Source of the DNA: Lama glama
Lineage: Eukaryota
Assembly (NCBI GenBank): GCA_028534125.1
Contig: CM052816.1
Span: forward strand, 30,568,001-30,632,000
Length of the DNA stretch: 64,000 bases
Reading direction: 5' to 3'
In this document: positions 1 to 13,209 of the stretch, piece by piece
How positions within the stretch are numbered: position 1 is the first letter of the stretch
Layout: each line of letters begins with the position of its first letter
Notes under the pieces: model-generated
Told to the model about the DNA's origin: nothing
Databases searched by the model: none
What the model saw: the letters and a program-made list of their open reading frames with translations, nothing else
Translations under genes and position numbers: made by a program

Positions 1-59
1 GCTAAAAAGAAATGGTTTAATAGGAGACCTGGAAAACAGACTCAGGCAAATCTTTTATA

Positions 60-620
60 TCAAAGAACAAAATTTCAATGATGAAAAATCTAAAAGAAAA
101 GTTAAGACATATGAAGCAATACAAGAAATGTTAAGAAATACAAAAAAAATTTAATCTTCTTCTAATAGCTTTCCCATAAAGATAGAACAAAGAAAATTAA
201 GGTGTGTGTGAGACTGGGAGAAGAAATCAAAGAAATAATAAAAATATTTCCTGTACCTTGAAAAAGTTTCATAACCTTGAAGACATCTACTGAACGCCTA
301 GCACAATGAATGACAAAAATCCATATCAAGACATATCACAGTGACACTATAGAACATAAGGAGAAAAAAAGATACTAAAAACTTCTGAAAGGTAAAGATA
401 TAGAACAAAGAATATAAAGACTTCATAATGGACAGAACATCTTTTATAAAATATTTAATTAGCAAAATATGCCAGAAGACAATGTAGCAGTACCTTCAAT
501 ATTTGAGGAGAAATAAACTTGTATCTCTTCACCCTTAAGTCACTGAACAAGAGCAAGGGGAAACAGTTGTAATTTTTAAACAATTTACCTCCTTTGAATC
601 ACTTTTGAATTCTCAACTTC
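60..620 (+). mobile_element. Ancient L1/HAL1-type ORF1 remnant
   Basis: A-rich decayed sequence with ORF1-like motifs in order (aaagaaataataaaaatatttcc ~ EIIKENFP; tcaagacatatcacagtg ~ PRHIIV; aaaaagatactaaaa ~ EKILK). No open frame remains. Confidence 0.55.
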
Positions 621-949
621 AGCAAAATTGAAAAAGATAATTTAAGTAAGAGTGTTTCAAGAGACTTAGAGAAGAAACAGTTAAACTAGATCAGAAATTA
701 AATCCTAAGATTATTTTCATGCAAAAGTTCAAGGAAATAAATTTATGTTCAAAAAGAAAGTAGATTCCATTGTACAGAAACACAAATTTCTTTAATCAGA
801 AGAAAACAACAAATAAGGAGAAACTCTTGGTAAACAAAAAACCTGTACAGTAAATTTATGGTCTAACCTTAAAGAGTTGATACAAATACACCATAGTGAG
901 ATAGGAAGGCGGTTCTACGAATTATGAAGAATGCATAGTTGTATAAACC

Positions 950-2240
950 AACAGCACATTCAATACACAAAGCTCTTACCTCACCGCCCAAAAGCTCCCT
1001 CATCCTATCCATTTTCAGTCAACGACTTTCCCACCCTTAATGTCTAGAGAACACTGGCTTATTCTTTTCTCTTAAAATGTTGCCTTTTCCCATTATGCTA
1101 AGTGAAATAAGTGAGACAGAGAGAGACAAATACTGTATGATCTCACTTATATGTGGAACCCAAAGAATTTTTAAATTCCAATAAACTTGTAGAAAAAGAG
1201 ATTAAACTTGTGGTTACTGGAGGCTGTGGGAAGGGGAGGGAGAATTGGAAGAAGGCAAAAAGTTTAAACCTCCAGCTATAAGATAAATAAGTACTAGGGC
1301 TGTGACGTATAGCATGATGACTAAAGGTAACCCTGCTGTGTGATGTATAGGAAAGTTGTATAGGTCCTAAGAGTTCTCATCCCAAGGAGTTTTTTTTTTT
1401 TCTCTTTTCCTTTCTATTCTATCTTTATGAAATGATGGATGTTAACAAAACCTATTGTGGTAATCATTTCACATGTAAGCATGTATATCAAATCATCATG
1501 CTGTACACCTTAACCTTATACAATACTGTATGCCAGTTAATTCTCAATAACACTGGAAAAGTGTTTTGCCTTTTCCTGAATGTTGCATACATTCAATCAT
1601 AGAGTATGCAACCTTTTGGGTCTGGCACCTTTCATGAAACATAATGTATCTGAGCTGTATGCACGTTATTGCATATGATGAGTTGGTTCTTTTCACTGCT
1701 CTATAGGATGGATATACCACACAATCTGCCTAGCTCACTAGCTGAAGGACTTTCTGGTTGTAAGTAATTCTGAATAAAGCTGCTATAAATATTTCCATAC
1801 AGGTTATCATGTGTACATGTATTTTATTTCCCAAATGATTAATGATGCTGAATACACTGTGTGCATTTGTATGAATTTGGTGAAGCGTCTGTTAAAATCT
1901 CTTGCCTGTTTTTATTGGGTGGTTTCCTTACTGTTGAGTTTTGAGAGTTCTTCGTGCCAGATACCATCTTGGTCACACCTGTGAGATACAAGTCTTCTCT
2001 CCTAGTGTTTGGCTTGTTTTCCTTTCACTTAGCAATGTCTTCCAAAGAGCAAACCTACAATTTTGTGAAATCCACTTCTTAATTTTTTTGTCTAATCATT
2101 GTTTGTCTAACCTCAAGTCAGAATAACTTTTTTTCTCTAAAAAAATGCTACAGTAGCACCTTTTACATTTAGCTCTGTGGTAAATGTCAAGTGAATTTCT
2201 GGGTGCACTGGAAGGCATAGCTTAAGATTTATTCAGGGAG
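950..2240 (-). mobile_element. Old L1M (L1MC/ME-like) 3' end, interrupted by a younger L1 at 1091-1560
   Basis: Antisense L1 3' UTR/ORF2-end phrases such as tatgcaaccttttgggtctggc, ataaagctgctataaatatt and cctttcacttagcaatgtcttcc. Confidence 0.7.
1091..1560 (+). mobile_element. 5'-truncated L1 3' UTR (L1MA/laurasiatherian type) with TSD
   Basis: Starts cattatgctaagtgaaataag...tctcacttatatgtggaa and ends ctcaataacactggaaaa. Flanked by the direct repeat ttgccttttcc at 1080-1090 and 1566-1576. Confidence 0.85.
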
Positions 2241-2479
2241 AAGATTAAGAATACTAAGAATCAGATGCTCTCTGACCATAAGTTCTAGAGGTCGCTAAGC
2301 AGAAGTTTGAGAAGGGATGGAGGTCTGCTTTGGCTTAAAGATAAGAGAGACATAGAAAAGTAAGATTCCAGCATAAGTGACCACAGGATGTGCTGTGTTT
2401 CTTGCGTTCACTGTGTAAACAATGAGGTGAGGCATAGGTCCTGATGGCCTTTTATAGTTATTCACATGTAAGGTGATGA

Positions 2480-3110
2480 GCACTGGAATGTTCCAGAATC
2501 AGTTTGTCTGACACCCCAGATCATCTCTGCTGTGCCTAAGTCCTCTACCTGAAGCCCCCGTCTCTTTTTTCACTTCCTGGCCTGAAGAGTTCTAGAAATG
2601 GCTTATTTCATTCTTCGATCATTTGCCAGATGGATGCTATTTTGATTGCCACCACTGTCGGCAGAGAAGCTGCAGGTGACACAATTGGCAAAAACTGATC
2701 CGTAGAGACTGTTTGTTCCTCAGTGGTTAACAGGAGGGCATGGTCACACTCCACAACAGCAGAGGTATTCAAGCTCTGTGGGTAGATTTTGATCAGTTGG
2801 CAATGGGTTACAGGACATCTAGCAGGTGCATGTATCTCCTTTCCTTCCTCAGGTTCAGGATGTTCTAAGTACTACGAAATGTAGCAGTTTCCTTTTGCCT
2901 TTCTGCTGATGAGTCTGATCAACGAGTTGCATTTATCTTGAAGCTGTGACTAGCTTGGTAAATACCCTTGTGCATTTGCCCTCTTTCCCTACCCAACTCC
3001 CCTTTCTCCCTCACAACTGATGCTCCTGGAGTGCATTCTCTGCTCAAAGGTTAGCCTGTAAGCATGTGCTTCATACTTTGTTTTCTAGAAGACATAGGCT
3101 AAATCACTGA
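2480..3110 (+). mobile_element. Probable decayed ERVL-type solo LTR
   Basis: The 3' part (ccctttctccctcac...ctttgttttctagaagacataggctaaatca) resembles the terminus of LTR16/LTR33/LTR40-class LTRs. Boundaries uncertain. Confidence 0.45.
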
Positions 3111-3767
3111 GAAAGGGAAGAGAGGAAAGTGTTTTCACCAAGATTAAAGGAGTTCCCTGGGAGCCTTATTTTGTCACTGACTGAATGGGGCTGTTGATGA
3201 ACCTGAACCAGATCCTCTAGAAGCTCAGCCAATGGCACCGTGGAGACTGTTGAGCATCTAAGTGGACAACAGTATCAGAATGTTCACAGATGACCAAAGG
3301 GAGACACAAAGATACGCATGCGCATGATGTGCCTTTCCAAAAGAACAAACAACATTTAGGGAGAAAACTGTTACAAACGAGGAGAGGGGTAAGACTTAGG
3401 CCCCACTTAAGTATGAGTTGAAATAAAAGTTCTCCTCCAAAGAAAAAATTACCAGCATATTTTAGTTAATTTGGCCAGAGTTATTAAATTATTTGAAGTG
3501 GACTATCTGCTGACGTGCTGAAGTTTGTGAAACAGAACAATAATGAGATTTCTTGGAGGAGAAAAGTAGTTTGAAATAGCTAAATTTATTCAATGCTAAT
3601 AATTGCCAAAGATATATAATATTTTCTCAAGTTGTATTTGACCTTTATTTCAACTCATTAACCCTGATACAAAAGTGATTCCTAAAGCTAAAAAGAAAAA
3701 GGTAAGACACAATTAACTTTATATTTCTGGAACTACATTATATATAGTAAAATTATGATCTATGGCC

Positions 3768-4330
3768 TACATTATTTTCTATTGCTGTGAACAAGGTAAT
3801 GCAAACTTAGCAGTTTAACATAATATCCGCTTACCAGCTCACGGCCCTGCCTGTAGGTCACGGGTCTGGGCTTGAGGTAGCTGGTCTGATCTTCAGTGTC
3901 TTACAGGTGGGAATCAAGTGTCACGAGGGCTACGGAGGAGAATCTGCTTCCAATCTCATTGAGGCTGTTGGCAGATGCAGCTCCCTACGGCTGTAGGCTC
4001 AAGGTCCCATTTTCTTGCTAAGTGTTGGCTGCGCGTTGCTTTCGCATCGTAGAGGATGCTCACATCCCTTGCCACCTGCTTCCCCCCTCCAGCCTTAATC
4101 AAATCTTCAAAGCTAGAAACAGAATCTCCCTCATGTGGAATCCCTCTTGCAGTCTGTTGCTTTCAGTGCTCACCTGATTACATCAGGACCAAGGAGGATG
4201 ATCTCCTTTCACAAACTTTATCACAGGAGTGACATGTCATCATATTTACAGGCCCACCCATACTCAGGACGGAAGAGATTATAGAGGAATGTGAGTCACT
4301 GGGGTCACCTTAGAATTTGACCACCTATGC
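3768..4330 (-). mobile_element. MaLR solo LTR (MLT1D/E-like)
   Basis: Diagnostic antisense phrases tttctattgctgtgaacaa, gagaatctgcttccaatctcatt, tcacaggagtgacatgtcatcatatttacagg and ggggtcaccttagaatt. Confidence 0.85.
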
Positions 4331-5202
4331 TGAGTCACACATGTAGGGCACTGGAAGGAAAGAGCATTATTATTATAAGTTAATTTAGAAATAAATTCAA
4401 GTTTTTCTAATGCTGTGTGAGAACACTGGGGATGAATGAATCATGGCTAGTGCGATGCCACCACTGGGGGTCAGTCACAGTGGGGGCCTATAGTGCGTGC
4501 ATTGCTTTTGTAGTCGAGGGAAGAAGATGACTCACATAAAAAAGAACAGAAGATAATTCAAGAATAAGATAATTTCAGTAGGTAAAGGACACTAGAAATA
4601 CACAAAATCATTATGTTTTGTGCGTTTCCTCTCCTAACTTCTTCCATTCTGCTCTTCTCTGAGGCACTGTGTCTGGCTTCTGGGACTTGACATCTCCTTC
4701 AAAAGCATGTCTGTCACTGAACCATCCACAACTAAACCAATGTTAGTTAGAGAATCACTAGAAGTGGGTTAAGGAGGGATTATGAGGATGCCTTCTTTAT
4801 GCCTGCCAAAATAAATGGTTTAATAGTGGCCTTTAACAATTTAATCAGGATGCACTAATTTCTTGCAAACGTAATGGTGATGATGGAGCTGATGATATTC
4901 TACATAGATTGGAACCTGATTCACTAAATAAACTGGACTCAGTGTGTTGCTAAAAGCAAATGACATGATTATTTTTTTTACAACTGCTGTTTTTAATCAG
5001 ATTTATGGGGCATACCTTTCTCCCTGGAATGAAATCTAAGACAATCTCATTGCTTTTCATGACATGCTCAAATAATACATTCATTAATGCTTCTATTTTT
5101 GAAATAATAAAAATATTCTTCCAGTGCATATAGTATAAAAACTACAAACTATCGTCCATCTTAAAACTTCTCTCTTGAGTATTCAATGTGCAGTTGGTTC
5201 CT

Positions 5203-5747
5203 GCCCCAGTTATTATTGCTGTGTAACAAATTACTTCAAAACGGATCTGTCTAAAGCAACTATTTTATCTTGCTTATTGCTTTGGATCAGGAACTTGGGA
5301 AAGACTCAGCTGCACAGTTTTCACTTGAATTTTTTTTAATGCAATTATGGTTACATCCTGCCTGGGACTGTAGCCCTCTGAAGGCTCACCTAGATGGATG
5401 GATGTCCAAGATGGCTCACTCAACTGATTGGCAGTTGATGCTGGCTATGTGCTGTGTGTTCAGCTGTGGCTGTTGAAAAGGATGTCTTATATATGGTTGT
5501 TCTATGTGGCTTGAAAACTGAGCAACTGTTTGGAGTTCAGGGCTCCCCTCAAAATGGAATATCCCAGAAGAAAGCTGGAAGCTGTGTTGCACTTATAACC
5601 TGTCATAGGAAGTCACATAGCTTCACTTCTGCCAAGCCCTTTTGCTCAAAAGAGTCAAGCCACTCAAATTCAAAGAGAGGGGATATCCTACTCTTGATTG
5701 GAGGAGAATACCAAAGAAAATTGTGTCCACAGATTAAAGCCATCATA
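5203..5747 (-). mobile_element. MaLR solo LTR (MLT1G/H-like)
   Basis: tattgctgtgtaacaaattac, ggatcaggaacttgggaaagactcagctg and gatgtccaagatggctcactca...tggcagttgatgctggct. Confidence 0.85.
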
Positions 5748-8689
5748 GCTCCCTTCTGCAGGGTGGACATCTTGCCCACCAGACCATGTACACTGCCCTC
5801 ATGTCAGTGGAAGGTCAGCTGGCTCCCAGTGCATCCTGTCTTTTCTCTTTATGTCCCAACACCCAGATCCCAACTGAGGCTGGTCTAACCATCCTCGGCC
5901 TTTTAACTTTACATGTCAACAGATATTTAGGCATCATCAACCTATACACCCGCAAAACTTCAGAGGTCACGTGAGAAATCCTAAGCACTTGTCTTGGCTT
6001 TAGATGATGCAGAAGCACCCTTGCCCATGTCGGTATATGTATGTATGTGTGACTGTGTGCACACAGACGCTAGCATCCTAACAACTCTTTCTGAAGAAAT
6101 CTCAAGAAGGACTTTTTTAAACTTCATGTTGACCTTACTAATATAAGCTTGAATGGTGATAGCTAATTGTCCCCAACTGGTTCAAAATCTCTCTTCATCT
6201 TATAAAGTAAGTCTGGCAAATTGCTGAAATACGAACAATATAATATGATGCATTTTGATATCATAGAACAAATCTATTCTTCTAATTCCTGGGTTCCTTA
6301 TTTTTTACATATGCGAAAACCTAAAAAATCTAATACTACCTCTTAATAATATATTTTTTGCATCTTCTGAAGAAACTACTGCCTCCGAACTTGGTACATT
6401 TTCCGTTCTCAAAAACAGTTTCAGTGTTTGGTTAGTGAGGTAGGAAGAGCCACACAAGCTTCAGCAAGCAAGAGAAAAGGCTGTCAACTATTTCAGCTGC
6501 TGACCAGTGCCAGGCGTTTTTTATAGACAGTATCTTAATAAAAGCTTAGATGTCCTTTTTTTATTTTCACTGGATTAATACAAAGGTTTACTAGAGGGCC
6601 TGCTGTGTAAGAAATGACTTATTATATTGGAGTTTTATTTGAAATTAGAATAAGCCTGGAGACTCATATCACTTACTTTACTTCCTAAAATTTCAAGACA
6701 GGCTGCACCAGGTATGGAAGCAGAAAACAGCCAAACAGCACTTCACAGCCCCAGTGTATACAGCTCCCTAGAGGTTTGGACCATATGCCGAGGAGACACC
6801 ACGGTTTATGTGGGTGATCACATTAGCCCCTTGATACACAGTCATCCACATTTCAGACTAGTTGGTTTACAAGAACTTGGCACTAATAAAGAAAAGAATG
6901 TATATATGCAAGAAACATTTTTCAAACTTTACTTTATCTAGAAAATTTATCATTTATTATGCAAGAACTATGCAATGATTCCCAGAAAGAAATTCCCAGT
7001 AAGCAACCTTAAAATGCTTGCAAAGCAATGGAAAACACCTTCAAGTTAAATGACAAAACTCTCCCCTCCTAGGTTCCTAAACTCGTATTAATAATGTGAC
7101 AGTAGACATGTATGAATAATTTTTAGTGTCGCTACATGCTGTAAAGTTTGTGTAAGAGAAATAGGTGTGATTCTATCTTCCGGAGATTTCATTTTAGAGC
7201 ATAACACACTGTTGATAGCTCATAAAGCAGAATGCTTCTGCTGATGGCCACAGGCCTCTGGAGAAAAGGCAGAGGTTGACATTATCACCCAGGTAGATTT
7301 GACCATCACTGGTCTTATTTTCTGAATACCTGTCAGACTGGCTGAACAAATTCCTGCAGAGTAGTTCCCTTACAGCCTGAGAGGACCCTAGTTGGGAGAT
7401 GCAGCTGGAAAGGATAGAGTCTGTAGTTGATGCCATTGGGAAGTAGCCATGTGTCACTTTTATTAACTTCAACTCTTTAAAAGCTAACTGATACTCTGGT
7501 ATCATGCTGTGCAGTATTTGGGGCTACTAAAAAATATTGCATCACAGTATAAACATGCCCAGGTCCTTTATTTCAAGCACAGAATTTTGTTGCACAGAGA
7601 GAGCAGGTAAGAAAGCAAGCTTCTATCTGCTGAAGAGAGTAAAGAAAGATTCCCAGAAGAGGGATTGCTTCCCAGTCCTGTTCATCTGGAAAGTTCCAAT
7701 TCAGAGAAATGTTGGGGTAGAGTGATTTAGGAATAAGGGATAAAACATATAGAGGAGAAAAGAAAGTGCAGAGAAAAACTGAAAATAAAAGAATGAGAAT
7801 ATAATTAAAGGCAGATACAAATGAAAGATGTGTTAATTCATCAGACAGCAGTGAGAATTAAGCAGAACTCAAGTCTTTATAGAAATCTGTTTTGCCATGA
7901 GTTGGGGGAGGGAGGGGTCATGCATAATGCTGCGTGTTTCAACTGCGCTTTCCTTCAGAATTCTGTAGGTAGAATTCATCTAACTGTTGCATTTTGTGAA
8001 TGCAAGGGGCTTGCTTAAATGAATAGATATGAATGCCTTCTACAGTAACTTTCAGCAATTCCTTTATAAATAAAAGCTTATAAATTGTCTTGTGCTGCTT
8101 CAAGAGTGCTTGCACACTCAAGTTGTTTAGACATCTCCCCATTGGACTACTTATGTAATACTGTCTTGTAGAAGATACATTTCCTTCGCAGATTACTCAG
8201 AAGAAAACTTTGGTCCAGTTTATCTGTCCAAATTACAATAAATGATATATAATAGAGTCTTACGATTTATTACATACAATTTCAGTCCTTTAAAGTTAAC
8301 ACGTTGTGATCATCAGCCTGGGATACTAAGACAAGTTTAAAAGCCAACTTCTTGTGAATATATTTAAACTTTGTGGTGTGTGTGTGTAGGTGTGTATGCT
8401 CACATGAACACATGCACGGGCATAGAAGGACATCTGTTACGTTTAATATTTTAGCCTTTTTAAAAACATGAGGGTAAATTTTAATTGATTTTAATGTCAT
8501 GAATTCTTCTTTTCCCCTTGTATTTCATCTGATTCTTATTTTTCAAGTGACATCTACGCAGGAATAGTGAAAGATAACATAGCAGGTATGAATGCCTAAT
8601 AACCACATTCAAGTGTTTACATAAATTCCTTTTATTTCTATAACTGAACTGACCTTTGATCTGGTTTACTCACCTATGCTTGAAAGGAT

Positions 8690-9033
8690 GTCTGACATGA
8701 AAAAATACCATGGACTAGGTGGCTTATAAACAAGAGAATTTTCTCACAGTTCTGGAGTCTAGAGGTCTGAGATCAGGGAGCCAGCTTGGTTGAGTAGTTC
8801 TAGAGAGGGCCTCCTTGTGGGTTGCAGATTGCCAGCTTCTCTCCACATCCTCACATGGCAGAGGGGGCAAGGAAGTAACCTGGGGTTTCTTTTGCAAGGG
8901 CACCGATTCTGCTGATGAGAGCTCAGCCTTCATGATAATTACCTTCCAGCGGCCTCACCTCCAAATAGCATCACACTGGGGATTAAGTTTGAACATAGAA
9001 TATTGCGGGGATACAAACATTCAGTCTGTGTCA
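8690..9033 (-). mobile_element. MaLR solo LTR (MLT1A-like)
   Basis: ggtggcttataaacaa...ttctcacagttctggag, atcctcacatggcaga, cctcacctccaaatagcatcacactgggg and acaaacattcagtc. Confidence 0.9.
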
Positions 9034-9679
9034 GAGGGGAAATTTAACTTTGTACAGTCAAGGTGATTTACTCATTTTTGGTTTAGAACCCCGTCTCTTG
9101 GGCAGCAAACACATGATCAGGTGAGTGTTTCATCCTCACTGTCCCTCCTTCCCCTTGGGATGGCAGAGAAGTTCTGGCAGCACCTGGAAGTAGGGTATAC
9201 AGGTGTCATGTCATCGTGGCAGAGATACACCTCCACTGATCTCTGCTAAAATCGTTACGCCCACATGTGGTCCTGGCTGTGTCCTAGCCTGTGTTGCCTG
9301 CTTCTGTGTTTCTACCATGACCTCCAGTTTCCAGGTCACACACACTGTTCTCTTCTTGTCCTGTCTCTAGGTTCTTGCTTAACACTGCCACATTACCAGG
9401 AAACAGTGGTGTATAAAGAGTCCATTTTCCTCTGCATAAGATTACTTAGATTCTTGAATAGTCTAATGAGAAATCTGATTATCTAAGAGAGGCCTCCCTG
9501 AAGGTAGATTCAAAACATATGATCGCATCACTTTTTTTTTTACTTATAAAGGCTCTTATCAGAAATGAGGAAATTCAGCCTCTTATAAAAATAAGTGGCA
9601 AAATGTACAGCATTGGAAGCAATTAAGTGATTAACACACACACACACAAGTGCTGGCAAAATACTTAATTAAAGGAGGC

Positions 9680-10545
9680 AGGACTTCCTGAATGGCAGAG
9701 GAAGAAGCTTGGTAGACCCTCTCCCCATCAAAACAACAATTTAACTTGTGAAACTTATTTTAAACAAAAAAACCAAACTAACAATTATTTGAAGTCTCCA
9801 GAAATTATCCTAAGGACAAAAAGCAAATGGAGAAACATTCATTCAAGAAAAGCTACTAATCTCGGTAAGAACATAACTGTGGGGTTTGAGTCATGATCTG
9901 ATCCTGAACCACCACGAACATCTCCACCTCTGCCAATTTTGCATTACAGAAGCTCTACTCTGAGTGTTGTGCAATAAGCAAGTGAGGACTAAAAAGATGG
10001 GGCTCCCTCTCTCTCCCCTTATCCAATCTGGGGATATGATTTCACCCAAGAAAGGGCAGGACATGGGGGTGTCTCATCTGTTTCTGTCCCATGTTGCAGA
10101 AGTTACATTCCAGCCAAGTATGACTGAAAGGACTAGGTCTCCAGTCCCTTATCCCTCCCGTACCTATAGAGCAGAAGCTCTATTCAAACTGTTGCAGCAT
10201 AAGGAGGCCCCAGTGGTCCGTGTCTAAGATTGCTTTTTCAGTGGAAGTCCCATGCTGGAGGAGTCAAACTGAGAAGCCTAGAAGGTGTCAACCCACTTCC
10301 CACCCCCAGCCCATGACCACTTATGGAGTGAGGATGTCACTTCAGGAAAATTTACCTCCCCCCAGTTCCAGTGCAGTAGTTCTGGGGTTCTACCCAGAAT
10401 AAAGGCAGGCTATAGAATTGACGAGGACTGAATTTATCTGAAACAGCACACAAAGAATCACATGCCTAAGAGCATTGAAAATGTTGATGGAGAACAATTA
10501 AGAAGAGGCTGATAGCTCCATGATACAAGCAAGTTGAAAGAGCAG
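9680..10545 (+). mobile_element. Old L1M 5'-end region
   Basis: ggacttcctgaatggc start and agcaaatggagaaacattcattcaagaaaagctactaatctcggtaagaac resemble ancient L1M 5' ends. Abuts L1 ORF2 sequence. Confidence 0.6.
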
Positions 10546-12040
10546 CCAGAAGTTTACTAGAACTAGAAAAGAAGAACAAACAAAACCCAAAGATGGCAGA
10601 AGGAAGGAGATAAAAAAGATCAGAGCAGAAATCAGTGACACAGAAAGCAGAAAAACCACAGAGAAGACTGATGAAACTAGGAGTTGGTTTTTTAGAAAAG
10701 ATAAACAAAATTGACAAACCTTTAGCTAGACTTAGCAAGAAAAAAGAGGACTCAAATCAATGAAATTATTAATGAAAGAACTTACATCACAGAAATACAA
10801 AGGCTCGTAAGAGACTACTATGAACAAGTCTATGCCAATAAATTGTACAACCCAGAAGATAATAGATAAATTCCTAGGAACATCCAACCTGCCAAGAATT
10901 AATCGTGAAGAAATAACAAATCTGATCAGCCCCATAATGAATAAGGAGGTTGAAACAGGAACCAAAACCTTCTCAAAAGAGGAAAGCCCAGGTCCAGCTG
11001 GCTTCATGGGTGAATGTTACCAAATATTTAAAGAAGAAATAATGCCAGTCTTTCTCAAAATTTCCTGAAAATTTTAAGAGGAGGGAAAAGTCCCAAACCC
11101 TTTTTATAAAAAGAGGCCAGCATTAGCCTGATGCCAAAGCCAGATAAGGACACTACAAGAAAACTACAAGCTAATATCACTAATGAATACAGATGTAAAA
11201 ATTCTCAACAGGATAACTTGCAAACCAAATTAATCAGCACATTAAAAGGATTATACACCATGATTAAATGGGACATATCCCTGGGATGCAAGGGTGGTTC
11301 AATAAATGCAAATCAATAAATGTGGTACACCACATTAACAGAATGAAATACAAAAATCATAAAATCATTTGCATCTGCATCAATAGATGCAGAAAAAGTA
11401 GTCAAGAAAATCCAACATCCGTTTATGATAGAAACTCTTCATAAAGTAGGTACAGACTGAATATACCTCAACATAATAAAGGTCATATATGACAGTCTTA
11501 CAGCTAACACCATACTCGATGGTGAAAGGTTGAAAGATTTCCCTTGAAGATCAGGAACAGACAAGGATGCCCACTCTCACGACTCTAGTCAGCATGGTAC
11601 TGCAGGTCCTAAGCAGAGCACTCAGGTAAGCAAAAGAAAGAAAAGCCATCCAAAGCTGAAGGTAATTACTAAACTTGTGTCTCTTTGCTAGTGACATGAT
11701 CTTTTGTACAGAAAGTCCTAACAGCTCCACCAAAACGCTTTAAAACTAATCAGTGAATTCAGTGAACTTTCATGATACAAAATCAACATACAAAACCATC
11801 ATAGCCTCAAACATACTAAGATGCTGAGGAGCATCTTTGACCAAGGGAATGAAAGACCTACTCAGCCATGAGACGGTCGTGGAAAAAATTAAAGAAGACA
11901 AAATTAAATGAAAAACGTTCCATGTTTTTGGATCAGAAGAGTTAATACTGGTAAAATGTCCACAGAACCCAGAGCCATCTACAGAGTCAATGCAATCCCT
12001 ATCAAAATTTGAACATTTTTCTTAAAAACAGATAAAACAA
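10546..12040 (+). pseudogene. Degenerate L1 ORF2 fragment (Z domain and reverse transcriptase)
   Basis: ORF 10820-11068 (IDKFLGTSNLPRINREEITNLISPI...SPGPAGFMGECYQIFKEEIMPVFLK) and MPKPDKDTT match L1 ORF2p. Many frameshifts and stops. Confidence 0.92.
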
Positions 12041-12680
12041 TTGGTGGTAAGGATATGATTAAATTCAGACTTCATGTGTATTGCTGATGGTAAAGAAACC
12101 TGTGCAACTACTTCAGGAAACAGTTTGGCAATTTTTCAAAATGTTAGATAGGGTTAACATGTGACACCCTAAGTACCCTTCTGTGTGTACAGCCATGAGA
12201 GACGAAAAAGACACCCATGCAAAGACTTGTACATAAATGTTCACAGTGGAATTATTCACAACAGACAATAAGCAGAGCATCCAAAATGTGCATCAACTTA
12301 TGAATATATTGTTCAGCCATAAAAAGCAGTGAAGTACTGATACATACCACAACATGGATGAATCCTGAAAACATTATGCTAAGATAAGGAAGCTAGACGC
12401 AAAAGACCACATTTTTATAATTACTTTTATACGAAATGTCCAGAAATAGGCAAATCTATACAGACAGAAATGAGATTAGTTTTTCCTTAGACCTGGGAGA
12501 TAGGAAAGTAGAAACAGAGAATGAAATTCAACAGGCAGCTTTTTGCTGGGAGGAAAATTTTCTAAATTAAAGTGATGGTTGTGTAACCCTCTGAAATTAC
12601 TAAAAATCACCGACTTACACACTTTAAATGGGTACATTGTATGGTATGTAAGTTGTAAGTCAAAAATACTGATAAGCAAG
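12041..12680 (+). mobile_element. L1MB-like ORF2 end and 3' UTR
   Basis: aacatggatgaatcctgaaaacattatgctaag, aatgtccagaaataggcaaatctata and acactttaaatggg. Confidence 0.85.
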
Positions 12681-12757
12681 TGAATAATTCGAAAATTTGT
12701 TGCTAGTATTATGGAACACTTATGGAAAGCTGCCCATCATTTTTCTAAGAAAGTTTT

Positions 12758-12886
12758 TTTTATACTGAATTTTTTTTAATCCTTTAAAGTATTTTTTTAA
12801 AAAATGGAGGTACTGAGATTGAACTCAAGACCTTGTGCATACGAAGCATGCACTCTACCACTGAGCTATACCGTCACCCACTCCTT
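12758..12886 (-). mobile_element. tRNA-derived SINE (camelid vic-1-like) with TSD
   Basis: Reverse complement reads ggtatagctcagtggtagagtgcatgcttcg...ttgagttcaatctcagtacctcca plus an A-rich tail (Pol III A and B boxes). Direct repeat agaaagtttt at 12748-12757 and 12887-12896. Confidence 0.88.
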
Positions 12887-12959
12887 AGAAAGTTTTAATA
12901 ATTATTTTGTTTCATCTGGACAGTAATTTTTATGAGATAATTGCTAGTATCTTCCTTAG

Positions 12960-13090
12960 TTTCTAGGGTAGGGCATCGAAGCTTACAGCACTTAAATCAC
13001 TTGCTAAAAGTCAGACAGCATTTAGGTGTTCAGGTTGGAATCCATATCCAGGCAGTCTGGCTCCCAATTGCTCACTTTAAACCACACACT
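12960..13090 (-). mobile_element. MIR fragment
   Basis: ttaaatcacttgctaaaagtcagacagc...atccaggcagtctggctcc...ctttaaaccac matches the MIR core and head in antisense. Confidence 0.75.
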
Positions 13091-13209
13091 TCTGTGGTAT
13101 TGTATTGCTCAGAATTTACGTTCCTATTATGTACCTATTACTTACAGACATCATATAATTATAGCAGTATTTCTGGGGAAGATGTTTTCTTTCAGCCAAA
13201 GATAACTGG

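Noticed and set aside
5270..5888. ORFs of 68 and 144 aa
   Set aside because: They overlap a MaLR LTR and show no recognisable homology.
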